This document shows positions 13,385 through 30,569 of a stretch of 64,000 nucleotides of DNA, one piece after another. The DNA is taken from the NCBI RefSeq assembly GCF_009914755.1, contig NC_060935.1. One strand, 5' to 3'. This DNA is from the human T2T-CHM13v2.0 reference genome, Homo sapiens. Numbering within the stretch: the stretch's first letter is position 1; each line of letters opens with the position of its first letter. The notes below the pieces were generated by a model. That model had not been told where the DNA came from and searched no databases. It was given only the letters and a program-made list of their open reading frames with translations. A program made the position numbers and the translations under genes.

Positions 13385-14070
13385 TTTTGCCAATATATAT
13401 GGCAAAAAATGATACCTTTGTCTTATGAGTGAAGCTGAATCTTCTTTTCGTGTTTAAGAGGCATTTAATTCCTTCTCTGTGATATCTTTTTGCATGTCTT
13501 TTGCCATTTGGCTACTGGATTGATCTCCTTTTTTTCCCTCATTTCATAAGCACTCTTTCAATACTAGGGAGATTAGCCCTTTGTGGTACAAATAGCAAAT
13601 ATTCCCAGTTTCTCATTTCTGTTATGAGCCTTTGCTTTCATGTCTTCTGAATTTTGAGTCTTTCTTAGAAAGGTCTCATGGTTTCTTCTTTTACATTTAA
13701 CTGTTTTATTCTTTGGGAGTACATCCTGACAAATGGTTATAAGGCTTGGATGAACGTTTTTAATTTTTGTAAATAATAACTAATTTAATACCTTGGTAAT
13801 ATTTTTCTGTGCATTTATTTGATTGTTGGCAGTGTCAAATATTATTCTGTGTGTTTTCTGATTGAATTTAATATCCAGTGAATAGTCTGTGCCTACTTTT
13901 GCATATATTAGTCTTTGGGATCTCAATTTTCCTATCTATGTGTATTTCTTATATAATACAAAGATTAATACATTTATTGCAAACATTTTTCCCAATCTAT
14001 TTTTTGTCTTTTTATATTATGTTCCACAAAGTTTTTAGTTTTTTATGCAGTATTTACTTTTATATCCATA
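13385..14070 (-). mobile_element. Degenerate L1M fragments
   Basis: Antisense L1 ORF2-end-like tracts (tatgagtgaagctgaat..., gcaaatattcccagttt). Confidence 0.5.
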
Positions 14071-14242
14071 TGCTTTTTAAAAGATGATTTTAATTATTTA
14101 CAGTACCTAAACCAAAAGTGGAACTCAGATATTTGCTGGTGGTTAAATACTTGTAAATAGAAATTCTTTGAAAGCACAATGATAACTGCCATTAGCTAGG
14201 TCACTTTTGTAGCAGTTATGACCTGAGTTTCTTTCAAATTAG

Positions 14243-14555
<313 letters not shown>

Positions 14556-14951
14556 ATCGCTGGAGTAATATAATTAACAACTACAGAAAGGAATCTTCTA
14601 AAAAAAACATCTAGAACATATGACCAGGAGCCTTTCATTTGATACTTAAAATAACCTGTGAAGTACTAAATTTGACATTTAGTCAAGGAAAAAGAAATAG
14701 GTTCAAATATGAGACATGCTAACTCCTCATTACCTGAAATCCATACATGTTAATGACCATGCATCCATTTACAGTAAAGGGATTGCCTACATCTCAGACA
14801 ACACTTCATGTAAAGTACACAAATCAAGGAAACAGCTTCATCACTGATGTTACCTTTAATCTAACAAGATCTCTATAAAACAAGAAAACCTCTACGTACA
14901 GATCTTTTAAAATTAAAGCAGGCATCTTTGCTGATCCACCTCTATAAGTTG

Positions 14952-15305
14952 CAGGTTGAGTATCTCTTATCTGAAATGCTAGAGACCAGAAGTGTTTCAG
15001 GTTTCAGATATTTAGATTTTGGAATATTTGCATATACACGAGATATCCAGGGGAAGAGACCCAAGTCTAAACATGAAATTCATTTATGTTTCATATACAC
15101 CTCATATATATATAGCCTGAAGGTAATTTTATACAGTATTTATAATTTGTCCAAGGAACAAAGTTTTGACTGTGTTTTGACTATGACTCGTCATGTGAAG
15201 TCATATGTGGAATTTTCCACTTGTGGCATCACACAGGCACTCAAAAAGCTTCAGATTTGGGAGCATATTGGATTTCGCATATTCAGATTAGGGATGCTCA
15301 ACCCA
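14952..15305 (-). mobile_element. Tigger4/MER46-type (TcMar-Tigger) non-autonomous DNA transposon
   Basis: TIRs caggttgagtatc...gggatgctcaacc; homologous in inverted orientation to 39305-39665. Confidence 0.85.
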
Positions 15306-15404
15306 TACTCAGTTTACCAGTAAAAAAACATAATGTTTGCAATTACTCCTCCTTTTAAATATATAATTATTTTTGGTATGGGGGAAAAGAGTGAGAACTT
15401 TATT

Positions 15405-18514
<3,110 letters not shown>

Positions 18515-19981
18515 TTAAAATACTTTTTTAGCATACTTGCAACAATATAAAGAGAATCATTTCAGTGAAGACTAAAATTTTTGATGTGTGACGTGTGCTT
18601 TGGCATCTCCATCTTGCATCCCCTTCAGTGGAGTCTCCTTTATGTTTTTACCCTTTCCCTATCAAAACTCTGGAAAAGATTTGCCAAACTCAGCAGGCAA
18701 TTATGTACAAACAAGGAAATTCACTATGGTATTTTCTGCATCTCAAGACTGGCAATGGCATAAATGTTCCTCAGTAGGCAGAGGTTAAATAGAATATCTT
18801 TCTTTTATATATTAGTAAACAGCCAGTAAAAATAAATACATAAATAATGGAAAGATTTCCATGAGATAGCCAGAGGAAAAAATAAGTTGCAGGGCAATGT
18901 GTATAACTGTAAAATTTTTAAAATATATATTTCAAAATATACATTTTTATGACCAGTGCATACTATTTAAGTAACTTAAAGTATACATATGTATATATAC
19001 ACAGAAATATATGTGTATGTGTGTCTTAAAATACAAACTGCTTAACCCTTTTGGTGATGTTCATACTTTTAAAAAAGGGAGCATCATCCTTCATGATGCA
19101 GGTTGGGGGAGCTTGTTGAATTTTTTTAAAAGGTGTTTCAGGGTTGGGCTTTTTTTTTTTTTTTTGTCTTTGGTAGTGTGGAAAGAGAGTTAACCTAACC
19201 TCTAATCCATATAGTAGGATATGCTTCTTTGTACAGTACAAGTAAATGACTTGTCATTTATTTCACAGTACTGTCATCAAATCTACAGATGACTAAAATA
19301 TTACTCTAGCCAAGAACACATTTAAACAAACATACAGTAAAACACATTTTTTGGTTTGGGTCTGAAACACAACACCTGACTTTCCTGATATGGAATGAGG
19401 CAAGGAACAGAACATTTTCTTTCTAACTTTAAACACAGTTATTGTCTGTTAGATTAACCTACTAGTTGTCAGTAAGTTGAAAATTCAAACCAGATAATAG
19501 AAAAAAGAATTCTATAGCAATATTATAATAATAAAATATGAAGAGGATAAAATGGTAGATTAACATGTATTTTTCTTTCCTTTTTTTGTGCTCACAGAGA
19601 CAGATAATAAAATGTGTTTTTTTAAAAGCTATGATAACTTTACAACTAAGGCTGAAAACCACTCTAATAAACACATTTATAGTAAATGTTTTACAAATGG
19701 CCCAAAATGGAAATGCCTAATTCTATCTCTTTGTTCATTACGTCTCATAATCAAAACTTTTAAGTTGGATTAATTTTGTACTCTTGTAAATATGCTATGC
19801 CATTTTGAATGAATGCATAAGACTGAATATATGAATATATGTTTTCATGAATGCCATAAACTGTTTTAATTTTGCCCAAACCTGAATTCTCCATGTGCCT
19901 CAGATATAGCTAACTTTACAGCTAAATTTTAAGGCATTAAAGGGACCTTTAAATCATTCTTGTTTTTCCTTTCTACGACAG

Positions 19982-20018
19982 AGGTTTACTTCCTGAGCTA
20001 GGTTTACTTCCTGAGCTA
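19982..20018 (+). repeat. Perfect 18-bp tandem duplication (aggtttacttcctgagct)x2
   Basis: Read directly from the sequence. Confidence 0.95.
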
Positions 20019-22372
20019 TGATAAAACCTAATCTCAGGGCTGGACAAAAGAATCAAGCCTCTAGTTCTCAGCTATATTTACTGAGGTCTAGTTAAGTGCC
20101 TCCTTTTTAGCACAAACAACAAATGTAATTGCCTCATGGCCTGCGGGTGTCCATTTAACAAAAGAGGCTTTTGTGGAGGCAATACACAGGTGTTACCTTT
20201 CTTGATTCAAGTGAAATCTGATGAAACAGTCCACAATATCAAATAACACATTTACTAAACTGTAATCAAATTCATTTATTTGATTAGGCAAATAACATCT
20301 AATTAAGAAAAGTTCTGGCTAAAAAATAGTTGTATGTTTGACCTTCAAAAGTTTCAAAAACCAGAAAATCCTAAGAACAGACTGATTTTTAATTAACACT
20401 TTATTTGCCATATATTTTATAGTTTACAACCAGCAATGGTAGGGTTTGCATTGGCCCTACCTATTGCTCGTACTTCTTTAATGGTTCTAAAATGACCGCA
20501 AAGAAAACAAAACAATAGTCATGAAAGAAACAAACAAAATTATGACGCAAGGTGAGGAACAAAGTTTTTAGAATCCTTTTTTTAATGATTATTTTTTCAT
20601 TTTCCTGTAATGTACAAGAAAAAGAGCACACATTTATGAAAGCAATCAGATAGTCTTTTTTTGCTTCTATTTAGTAAAAACAAACGACTGATAGAGCAAC
20701 GATACTCTAGTCTCAAAAGTATTTCATTTTGCATGTTTCAAAGATTTTATTTTGTGTCTAATGGAATAATCAGTGGGCTATAAAATGCATAATACCCTTG
20801 CCTATGAAAAAAGTCTATATGATGAATGTATATTAAAAAGATGTCATTTTAGTCCAATAATTAATATTATGTAATTGTTTTTTATCTTATTATCTTACAA
20901 AAAAGCAGTATCAAGTTATTATACCTACTATGTGGCCACTGTATATTCTGCTTAATCATGACTTATGTAACCAAAGTGTGGCCATATTAAGATCCTATGC
21001 ACACTATTAGAGATAATATTTGAAAATGAATAATTTATTAGTATTTTTCTAAAAAGATCTCATAAAACCCAGTTTGTTTGAGTCATGTAACAGCAAAATT
21101 GGAAGCACCATCAGTAAATAGTTGTTTACCCTTCCTATAGTGCCAGCAGAAGCTATAAACAAAAACACATGTAAAAAAGTGAAGAATTAAATTCTGAGAT
21201 ACAATAAATAGAAGAGACTTTTAGAACACAAAGGTGAGAAAACATTAATTTTTAAAAATGCGAGTGTCTGAAATGTCAGTTCTGGGTATCTCTCAAAGCA
21301 AACTCAAGGAACAGTTTTACTTATTTTCATTGTCATTCTCCTCGCCCTAACTACTTGCCCACATTCTGTCTACCTGAGCTAATTAAGGCCGAGGAGTATC
21401 TGGAGTCCTGATAGAAGTGTTTCCAAATGCTAGATGCATAATAAAGGGATTGTAGAGACCAGGCACAGAATAGTTAATACACTGACTATTTTAATACGTA
21501 CTATTTCTATACGGTCCTGCTTCCTTTTCTCCCTTTTAAAATTCAGCCTCATTGCTGTCCTATCTACATCATTGCTGGGAACTGTTATTGCCCTTCCCTT
21601 CTTAAAAATGGTGCCACCTTACATTCATAGCCAGTCATCACCAAAGAGGAATTTACACAAAAGTTTCAGTAGGCTACACCTATAGCATTGGGGTTTGAGT
21701 AAGGGGTATGCTTTTTACTAACAGTCTCTCTTTCGTTATTGAGCTTCTCCCTGCTGAGTAGGTTTAAAGCTTAGTCTAAGGCTTGACTTGCTCATTCTCG
21801 TGGCGATTGCAAGATAAGCTCTTTCATCTTCTCCCTAAGCTCTCAATACCTCCATCTAGCCTGAATAGTAACCTCTGGTGGGCTGTTTAGGATAGTGGTT
21901 AAAAATACAGTCCACACAGTCACACATAGTCCTGAGGTCCAAATACAGCTTTGCATACTAGTTAAGCACCTTGGGCAAGTTATTTAAACCTCATCAATAC
22001 AACTGAGACTAATAAATACCTTACAGAAATACTATGAGAACCAAATGAAACAAGACTCCTGGCACCCAGGAAGCAATCAGTAAGAGCACTTACTAGCAGC
22101 TGCCACATTTGCCAGTGTGAATTATGTCTATTGGGCTTTCTTTGTCCCTGGTTTCCCAGGCAGTCTACCCAGATCTCTGCAAAGTTAACTGTGCTTTGCT
22201 ATTTTACTTTATGTTTCTGGTTATTTTCTTTTACACTATATTCAATTATATAGCTCTGGTGTTACCCAAGTCTTTGACTTGAATCCAATATAATTAAAAA
22301 TGTACATTAATTATGAGTAAGTACCACATCAATTATGCCACCTAATTTAATGAAATTCAGTTTTTAAGATAA

Positions 22373-22660
<288 letters not shown>

Positions 22661-23550
22661 TAAATATTGAATGCTTAGGCCCTTATCAAGCATCCACTTC
22701 TTCAGAACCATTTACCAACTAGTCAGAATGTAGGAGATGGAGAAGAGGGTTGGGACTGAAGCCAGTTTATAGGCCTTTCTATCCATGCCTCCCAATACTA
22801 TTGTCCCTGTGTTTTACCTCTGTCTCTTTGTAAATACAATGTTACCTGCTATTTTGAGATTTGGATTTAAAAAAAGCACTTTATATTCTCATTCTAAGAC
22901 TATCTCTGCACTTTCATTTTAATACAGCTTGATCTATATACTTGCTTTCCTTCCAAAGGATGAGCCCAACTTAATTCAACAAAGGGTATTTCAGACTGTA
23001 GTAGAAAATGGTGTTAAGTATTACAATAATGAGTTTTCTCATGCTCTCAGAAAAACAGTTCTGAACAGTAAATTAGATGCATACTGTACACAGTATGTAC
23101 TAACATGTTTCCACCAAAAGTTTTATTCGTGGCACTCCACTTAATTCTTTCCCAAATCCAAACTCATCCTATATGGATTTATTGCTACAGATGAATCTCT
23201 GTTGCTCTTTTCAATCTCCTGTTGTTGCTGTACATAGCTGCTTCACATAGAGATTGGCCAGAAAAACAGATTTATATCTGAAAGGGTATTAGAAATAGAT
23301 TACCAGTAGAAAGGTTGCCATACTTCAAAAAAGAAATGATTAAAAATAAATATGTAGGTATTTTTGTACTTGATGTTACTGATGCATTTTTTTAAAAACA
23401 GGCATTGTTGAATATATTTGACAGACTTCTCCTGCTTGTGTTTTACTCATCGAAACACAACTCTAATGTATCAAACCCAGCAGATTATTTAGAATAAAAT
23501 CTAGGTTTGTGAATACAAAATTGCAAATTAGGCAGGTGGATGACAGATGA

Positions 23551-23612
23551 ATTTTTTTTTTTTTTTGAGACAGAGTCTCACTCTATTGCCCAGGCTGGAG
23601 TGCAGTGGCACG
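23551..23612 (-). mobile_element. Very short 5'-truncated Alu
   Basis: Poly(T) plus gagacagagtctcactctattgcccaggctggagtgcagtggcacg; TSD-like gac(a/g)gatg. Confidence 0.85.
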
Positions 23613-23889
23613 AGACGGATGGCATTTTTTAGTGATGATGCATGATACAAAGAGAATAGCTGAAGATCTTTAAAAAGTAAGAATGATCTAGGGCTGAGCG
23701 CATCAAAACACTGTTTTGACTAGGAGACAGAAACAGACTATGGACATCAAGGAGGGAATAGCAAAGCATCCAGATGTCATCTGGGGAAAGCAGTACTTTT
23801 TTGCTACTTGCTGTAAAATTTAATTGCCACAGTATTAATTTAAAATATAATCTACCTTAATCTTATTAGTAGACTTCTACACTTGTCCA

Positions 23890-24980
23890 AAATTTTATAT
23901 ATCTTCTTTCCATTTCCCAAATTAACATCTCCCCCAACAACCCTATTTTATTGTACCACTCACCCTGTGGCAAGAACTAACAACTTGGGTGTCATTTTTA
24001 AGCCTTTCAATTCCCTTTCTTCCAGCATCCAATCTTCTCTAGATTATTTCCTTAATCTTTCTGCAATCTTTGTACTTCTTCCTATTCTCGATGTTATTAT
24101 CTCAGTTATGCCTCACTCACAGCCTATTAACTGGTCTCTCTGCCTCCAGGCTCTCCTAATCCTAGCCATCCTCTAATAGTCTACACTAACAACAGAATGG
24201 CCCCACAGAAACTAAATAAAAACTAAGCCTGATCATGTTATTCCCCTGCTTGAAACATAAAAGGAACTGAGCCTTGTTTAATTCTTATTTTTAGGGATGG
24301 GGTCTTGCTATATTGCCCAGGTTGACTTTGAGCTCCTGGGTTCAAGCCATCCTCCCACGTAACAGACTACCATGCTTGGCTTATACCTTTCATTTTTATC
24401 TCTTCTTACTACTCATCCCTCCTACTACATGTGCCATACACTGGAACTCTTACTTTTGGCAGTTCCCCAAAAGCACAATGCTGTACTTACTTCTAGGCCT
24501 TCAGAATATGCTGCTTTCTTTGACTAACTCCTACTTACCCTTTAAAACTTCAACTCAGGTTTCACTTTCCCATTCTGGAAAAATCCCATCTAACCCAGTC
24601 TGGATAAATATCCTTGTGTCTTATCAAAGCACCTGTGCCTAATTCTATTATACTATACTGTAATTTCATCTATTCCTCCAACTTAACTATAACCTCCTAA
24701 AGTTACACTGTCCAATATGGCAGCCACTAGTCATATATGTGGCTATCTAAATTTTAAAATTACATAAAATTAAGAATTCAGTTCCTCAGACACACTAGCC
24801 ATGCTTCATGTGCTCAACAGCCATGTGTGCCTAGTGGCTACCATATTGGACAGCACAGATACAGGATATTTCCATTATTTCAGAAAGTTCTATTGGTGTT
24901 GCTGGGGGCAAAGATGACTACCCTAACGTGTACTGGCCCTCAAGTAAGTGCTCAGTAAGTGTCTGTGGAATTAATGAATG
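23890..24980 (+). mobile_element. L2 3' region, interrupted by a FLAM (about 24275-24380) and MER3
   Basis: ctggtctctctgcctcc, ctgatcatgttattcccctgcttgaaa, and the L2 end taagtgctcagtaagtgtctgtggaattaatgaatg. Confidence 0.7.
24705..24897. mobile_element. MER3 (hAT-Charlie)
   Basis: ctgtccaatatggcagccactag...ctagtggctaccatattggacagcac...agaaagttctattgg. Confidence 0.85.
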
Positions 24981-25850
24981 CACACATCGAAAAAGAAAGT
25001 TGAGAGGTTAATGTCTGGCAAATTTTGTATACTCCTATAGCCTCCTGAAAGCTATTTAAGTCTTCTCTCCCAGTCTACCCTTAGATGTCCCCCCTCCCAA
25101 GTCCAGTGGTCTGGCTGCTTCTGAGGCAGCCTCATTAAGGAAGATGTGTGAGTGCTAGGATTGGTCTGGGGTCAGAAGTCCATTATCGGTCTCAGTCTGT
25201 GTCCCTAGACCTACTTTGACTTTCCTTACACTGGGAAGTCAGGTCAAATTTCAAGTCTCTTTAGACAACAGAAGGTTTCTCTAATCCTTCTTGCTTTCAA
25301 GAATCATACATAATGTACACAAAGTAGATGAGAATCTTAAGTTGCATCGAAGAATTTTAAATTACCTATAATTGTAAGTACTTTGTTAAATACTGCTTAG
25401 TCTCCTTTTCTTGTTAGCTCTGCATTTGTGTTTAGTTGGATACAAGCACTAGCTGTGCCATGCTAAGTGATTTATACATTTTCTTAAAGTAATTATGAAA
25501 ATTCTGTCCCAGGAGGAAAACACTCTAACGTCCAGATTGGCAGTGCAATAACTTGTAATGCCAATATTTTCTTGCTAATTTAACATCTTTAGCCATTTTA
25601 TAATATGCATACCTGCTTTTGTATCTATTTTTCCTTTTTTTCATTCTTGTTTTAGGTAGAGAATTGTTTGGTTTGGTGAGAATATTTTTATGGGCTAAGA
25701 TTAAGTTGTTCACAAAAACCTGTCAAATTTTAATTACCCAAAGTGGTAACATCAAAACTTCATTTACTTGCTTATTCCAAAAGGGAGTTGAATATATTTC
25801 ACTTACTCAACAGCAGTTTTTCCAGTAGATCTAGTAAAGACTGTTATAGC

Positions 25851-26160
25851 ACCTGGGCGCGGTGGCTCACACCTGTAATCCCAGCACTTTGGGAGGCCGA
25901 AGCAGGCAGATCACTTGAGGTCAGGAGTTCGAGACCAGCCTGCCCAATATGGTGAAACCCTGCCTCTACTAAAAATACAAAAATTAGCCGGGCATGGTGG
26001 CAAGCGCCTGCAGTCCCAGCTACTCAGGAGGCTGAGGCAGGAGAATTGCTTGAACCTCGAAGGCAGAGGTTGCAGTGAGCCAAGATTGTGCACTGCAGTC
26101 CAACCTGGGTTGACAGACTGAGAATCTGTCTCCGAAAGACAAAAATAAATAAATAAAAAA
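25851..26160 (+). mobile_element. AluS
   Basis: Alu consensus; TSD aaaga(c/t)tgtt(a/t)tag. Confidence 0.95.
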
Positions 26161-28780
26161 GATTGTTTTAGATTAGGAAGCCACATCACACTTGGAATAT
26201 ATTCTCCTTACTACCAACAGAGTTTGGAGTCTGGTTCAGATGCTTTCACTGAATACCTGTGTTACAATTTTGTTCTTTAATTTTTGCAAATGACTTTTAA
26301 GCAACTTTAAAGTACAGAAGTCCCAGATAACTTGCAGATAAAAATACATATAATATTTTCATTTTACTCAACTGTATCCTGCCTCTCTAGATTCATACCA
26401 ATAGCACTAACTTTATAACTTTTGAGTGGTTAAAATATTTCCAGGTGAGCAACACATACAAATTTCAGGACAACCTGCTACTCTTTCAACAGAGATGCTG
26501 ATCTTCATATATACATCTTTTCAAACATATACATATAAAATATACTACTACAAAATAAGATTATTATAAACTCCATATTACTGTTAAACTAAGCTCAAAT
26601 TATTCTGAAAATATTCAGAGAACACATCAGAAAACACTTTAAGTCTAGGAGCCTCAAAGATTATTCTTTAGTGTTGACATCTGAACAAAAACACTTCAGA
26701 CTTGTAAACAATGAGTGAAATTTATCTTCAGAATTGTGTTAGCTATAGAATGAAAAAGTCACGTCACCTCCGCAGTGAACTTCACTTTAGCAAAAGAGTA
26801 AACATATTTCCTCCATATCAGCTGCAATCAAGGCATTAGCAGTATGCCATGATTGATTATCCTAGGAGCCGTTGCTGAGAAATGGATGTGTAGCACAGGT
26901 TTTTATCACTATAGTCTGCAAAAAACAAGTCGCTTGTTTAGATACTCTAGTTGTAATAAGTGACATTATTAGGCAGTTCTTCTATTTAAATGACATAAGG
27001 ATTTAGTATATCAGCAGCTTATAATACACAAGCCCTTTCAATCTGATGATTCCTCTCTCTACAGAGAAGTACTTTTTTCTGTTTATAATACAAGTGGTAA
27101 TAGAAGACCAGATGGTTGACTTTTAGCTAAGGGAAATGACATTTAAACAAACAGAAAGACAGCATTTAGAATATTCAGGGTTTCAAACTATAACCTAAAT
27201 ACACAGTACACATTAAAGGACTATTAGTGTTAACTATATAAAGTGACCATTTTGTAATGCTAATTAGTAAGATTGTTTCTTAGGTTGTCCATCAGTTTTA
27301 TTTAAATATTTTCTAATACACGGTAAAACAGCTTTATTATTGCCATATTGTTACATTTCCATTTTAATACACTATACCACCAGTACATCCTGATAACACT
27401 TAATCAGTCCTTTCTGAAATGTAAAATTGTCTCTACTTCTTACATTTCTGCCAGTAATAATGATGATGTTATTAACATACTCTACAATTCACAAAGAAAA
27501 ACATAAGAAATAACTACATTACTTATTCACCTCCCATCACTCTGCTGTGGTAATGGATTACTATTTGGTGAACAATGTTTCACCTTTTGTGTATAATGCT
27601 GACATCTATGGTACCAAAGACAACCAAAAACCTTTAAATTAAATAGCCAGATATCTTTGGTAGCCCTCAGATAAAAGTAAAAACATGATTTTTCTAATAA
27701 GTACAGATTTGTTTCCTGTAACAATAGCAAAAGACTGCTATCCACTAACCACACTAACCACAGAATACACTGAAATTTTCATAATCATATTCTATTAATA
27801 TGTCTATTCTCAATACAGGGTAGCTACTATGGTTAAGACATGAAAATTCAATAAATAAGGTTTTAATTGAAAGACTTAAAAAATGATTCTTCATTTTACA
27901 ATAAACCACAGAAAATCCTAGAAGGAGAAATTTATAAACTTCAGGTAACAACTTTACCCATCGTTAAGCCAATAAACCAATAAAAGGACCAAAAGAACAA
28001 ATTATCTGTATAGTAGTTCAATATGTCCAAAAGGCACATGTATGACTACAGAAATGCAGAAACTCTTATTACCACACAACCTCATTAGTAGGCAATGAAT
28101 GTTGCAAGGGCAACTTAGCCTTCATCGTAATAAAACCACCATAGCATTTCAGGGGCACCAAAGCTTCCTTCAAAATGAGAACAAGGTAAGCCCAGCATAC
28201 CTCAATTCCCCCAATACTTTAGGAGACTTAATCTTAACTAAGTTCAGTATTCCATAGTGATAAGTCAATTCAGAGCCTGGTGAATTTTTATTCTGCTTAA
28301 AGAAAGGCCTGAAAAATATGCAGTCCTAAATAGAAGTCACTTAGGAAAAGAAACATTTAATCAGCACTCTGCTCTCCTGGTACACCGTAAGAGGAACATT
28401 CCAATATTTTCTACAACTTTCACCTGCCATTGTCATAAGGTGGTCAGGTAGTCTTATCACTGGAAATAGCTTAGCTTTCAAGTCTATGAAGACTAGAATG
28501 ACCACAGATTGGGCAGTTCAGCAGCGTGGTAGGCTCCATGAACATCTTCTGAGAAGTTGTAACATCATGCATTTACTTGGGAGCAAGTTTGCAGTAGAAA
28601 CTAGTAGAAAAAAAGGAGTAGAAGTAGAAAAGAAACTAGCACCCTATTCATATATATCTAGATCTGTCCACCCTTCAAGAATTTTAAAAAATCTACTAGA
28701 TGCCAAATCACAGTTGAAATGATATGAAATCAACTGCGATTAAAATGAGTCCCTGTCACCAAGAATCTTATGCTCTAGAT

Positions 28781-28935
28781 CAGGGGGTCAGCAAACTTTT
28801 CCTGAAAAGGGACAAATAGGAAATAGTCCAGGTGTTGCAAGCCATATAGTTTCTGTCACAACTATTCAACTTTGACATTTTAGAGAAAGCAAACACAGAC
28901 AACAGATAAATGAATGGGCATTATTGTGTTCCAAT
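28781..28935 (+). mobile_element. MER58A-like (hAT-Charlie)
   Basis: cagggggtcagcaaactttt...caactattcaact...aatgaatgggcattattgtgttccaat. Confidence 0.8.
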
Positions 28936-28959
28936 GACACAATAATTACAAGAAAGGCA

Positions 28960-30050
28960 GCAGGCAAAATGATTATGCAGGGTCTTGCAGGCCACCATAA
29001 GGCCTATGGCTTTTACTGTAAGTGAGATGGGGAGCCACTGGGGTCTTTAAGCAGAAGAGTGACATAATTGCTCTTAAAAAGCATCATCATCAAAAAGGAT
29101 GACCTTAGCTGCGGTGTGGAGAGTATAATGGAAAGGGTAGAGATGCCAGAAAATCGGAAGGGTATAAGCAAAGAAAACAGTTCAAAAATTATTGCAACAA
29201 AATGAGAGAGATGAGTTTATCTTGCAAACTAATGGATGGTAGCAGTGACAGTGGCAAAACGTGGTTTGATTCTGATTATATATAGAAGGTATAATCATGA
29301 TTTGCTACGGGATTGGATGTAGGGTGAAAGAGGAGAGTAAGGATAACTCTAAGGTTTGTGGCCTGAACAAGTAGCATGGGGTTTTCTTCCCCATATGATG
29401 GGAAGTGTATGGAAGGAGCCATTTTGGGACAGAAAATCAGGATTTTAGCTTTGGATACAGTAAGTTTGAGATGACCATTATTCATTAAAGTGAAGATATT
29501 AGACAATTAGACATGACTCTGGAGTTCAGGGAAGAGGTTATACTTGATATAAATTTGAGAGTAAGTTAAAAAGTACTGTACATAAAACCATGAGACAGGA
29601 TGAGGTCAGCTAAAGTATAAGTGTAGATAAACAACAGAAGTTTAAAATATGAACCTTTAGTTAACTTCAGGGTTTGAAGGTCATTCCAATGTTTGGATAT
29701 GAGGAGGAACCAATAAAGGAAATTCAGAAGAAAGATAGGAAAAAAACCTAGAAAAAGCAGTGTCCCAAAAACTAAGTGAAACCAGGTTTTGAGAACAACT
29801 ATTTCAAATATTAACAATAGGTCAAGTATGATGAGGACTGAGAGTTGATCACTGGAGAGACAACAAGAGAAGTCATTAGCGACTTTGACAAGAACCATCA
29901 GTGAAGTGGTGGAGACCAAAGTCTAACTGGAATGAGTTCGAAAAAATAATATGAAGCTCAGAGTGGAGTAACTATACACAACTCTTCCCTATAGGAGGAT
30001 GTGGTGTCATGGGAGTTTGTTTAGATGCAGATTTTACAACATGTTTGTTG
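28960..30050 (-). mobile_element. L2 fragment
   Basis: gggagccactggggtctttaagcagaagagtgacataat, ggataactctaaggtttgtggcctga, gactttgacaagaac. Confidence 0.8.
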
Positions 30051-30337
30051 ATAGGAATTTACCATATTTCAAAATGCCTATTTCATAGTTATCCCATGGA
30101 TTAAAAGCATAGTCCTGGATTATCACACAATATTATACTAATAAACATTATGAGTGCTTTTCTTCTTCTTTTAATTGGCTTTATAACAAAATTATAGTGT
30201 ATTTCTGAGCCCTGGCCCTACATTCCCTAAGGGAATTAAATAGAGGTTTACTTTGCATTTTGCCTGCTGTGCAAACCAATAGGAGAATGCCAACTCATTT
30301 TATTTATTTCTTATTTGCTACATGCTCCTACTTCCAA

Positions 30338-30391
30338 CTAAATTATTTTTTCTGATAAAGCAGTGGCTTCAAGCAGCAAACTGAGGAATTC
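30338..30391 (-). CDS. Candidate alternative terminal exon of IMMP1L (EFLSLLLEATALSEKII*)
   Basis: Acceptor cctttctgtatattctacag|GAA; phase 0 matches the upstream exon; two overlapping AATAAA about 30 nt after the stop codon. Confidence 0.5.
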   Translation of the reverse strand, partial: EFLSLLLEATALSEKII

Positions 30392-30569
30392 CTGTAGAAT
30401 ATACAGAAAGGCAACATACTCAAGATGTCTGAGCTTATGACAATTTGTTTCTTTTGAGAGTCACAAATTAATCTCATATCTTTACAGTAGCCAATGCTCA
30501 GTTCATACATAACCCCAGGAAAGAATTATTGGCTTCAGTACCTTCAAAATAAGGAAAGCAAACAGCATC

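Noticed and set aside
14928-15323. 131-aa ORF resembling the ORF at 39423-39698
   Set aside because: The similarity comes from two copies of the same non-autonomous Tigger4-type element; it is not a protein family.
19560-19600. Strong plus-strand splice acceptors (also near 25655) as DNAJC24 read-through exons
   Set aside because: No matching donor, ORF or poly(A) structure, and they lie beyond several DNAJC24 poly(A) signals.
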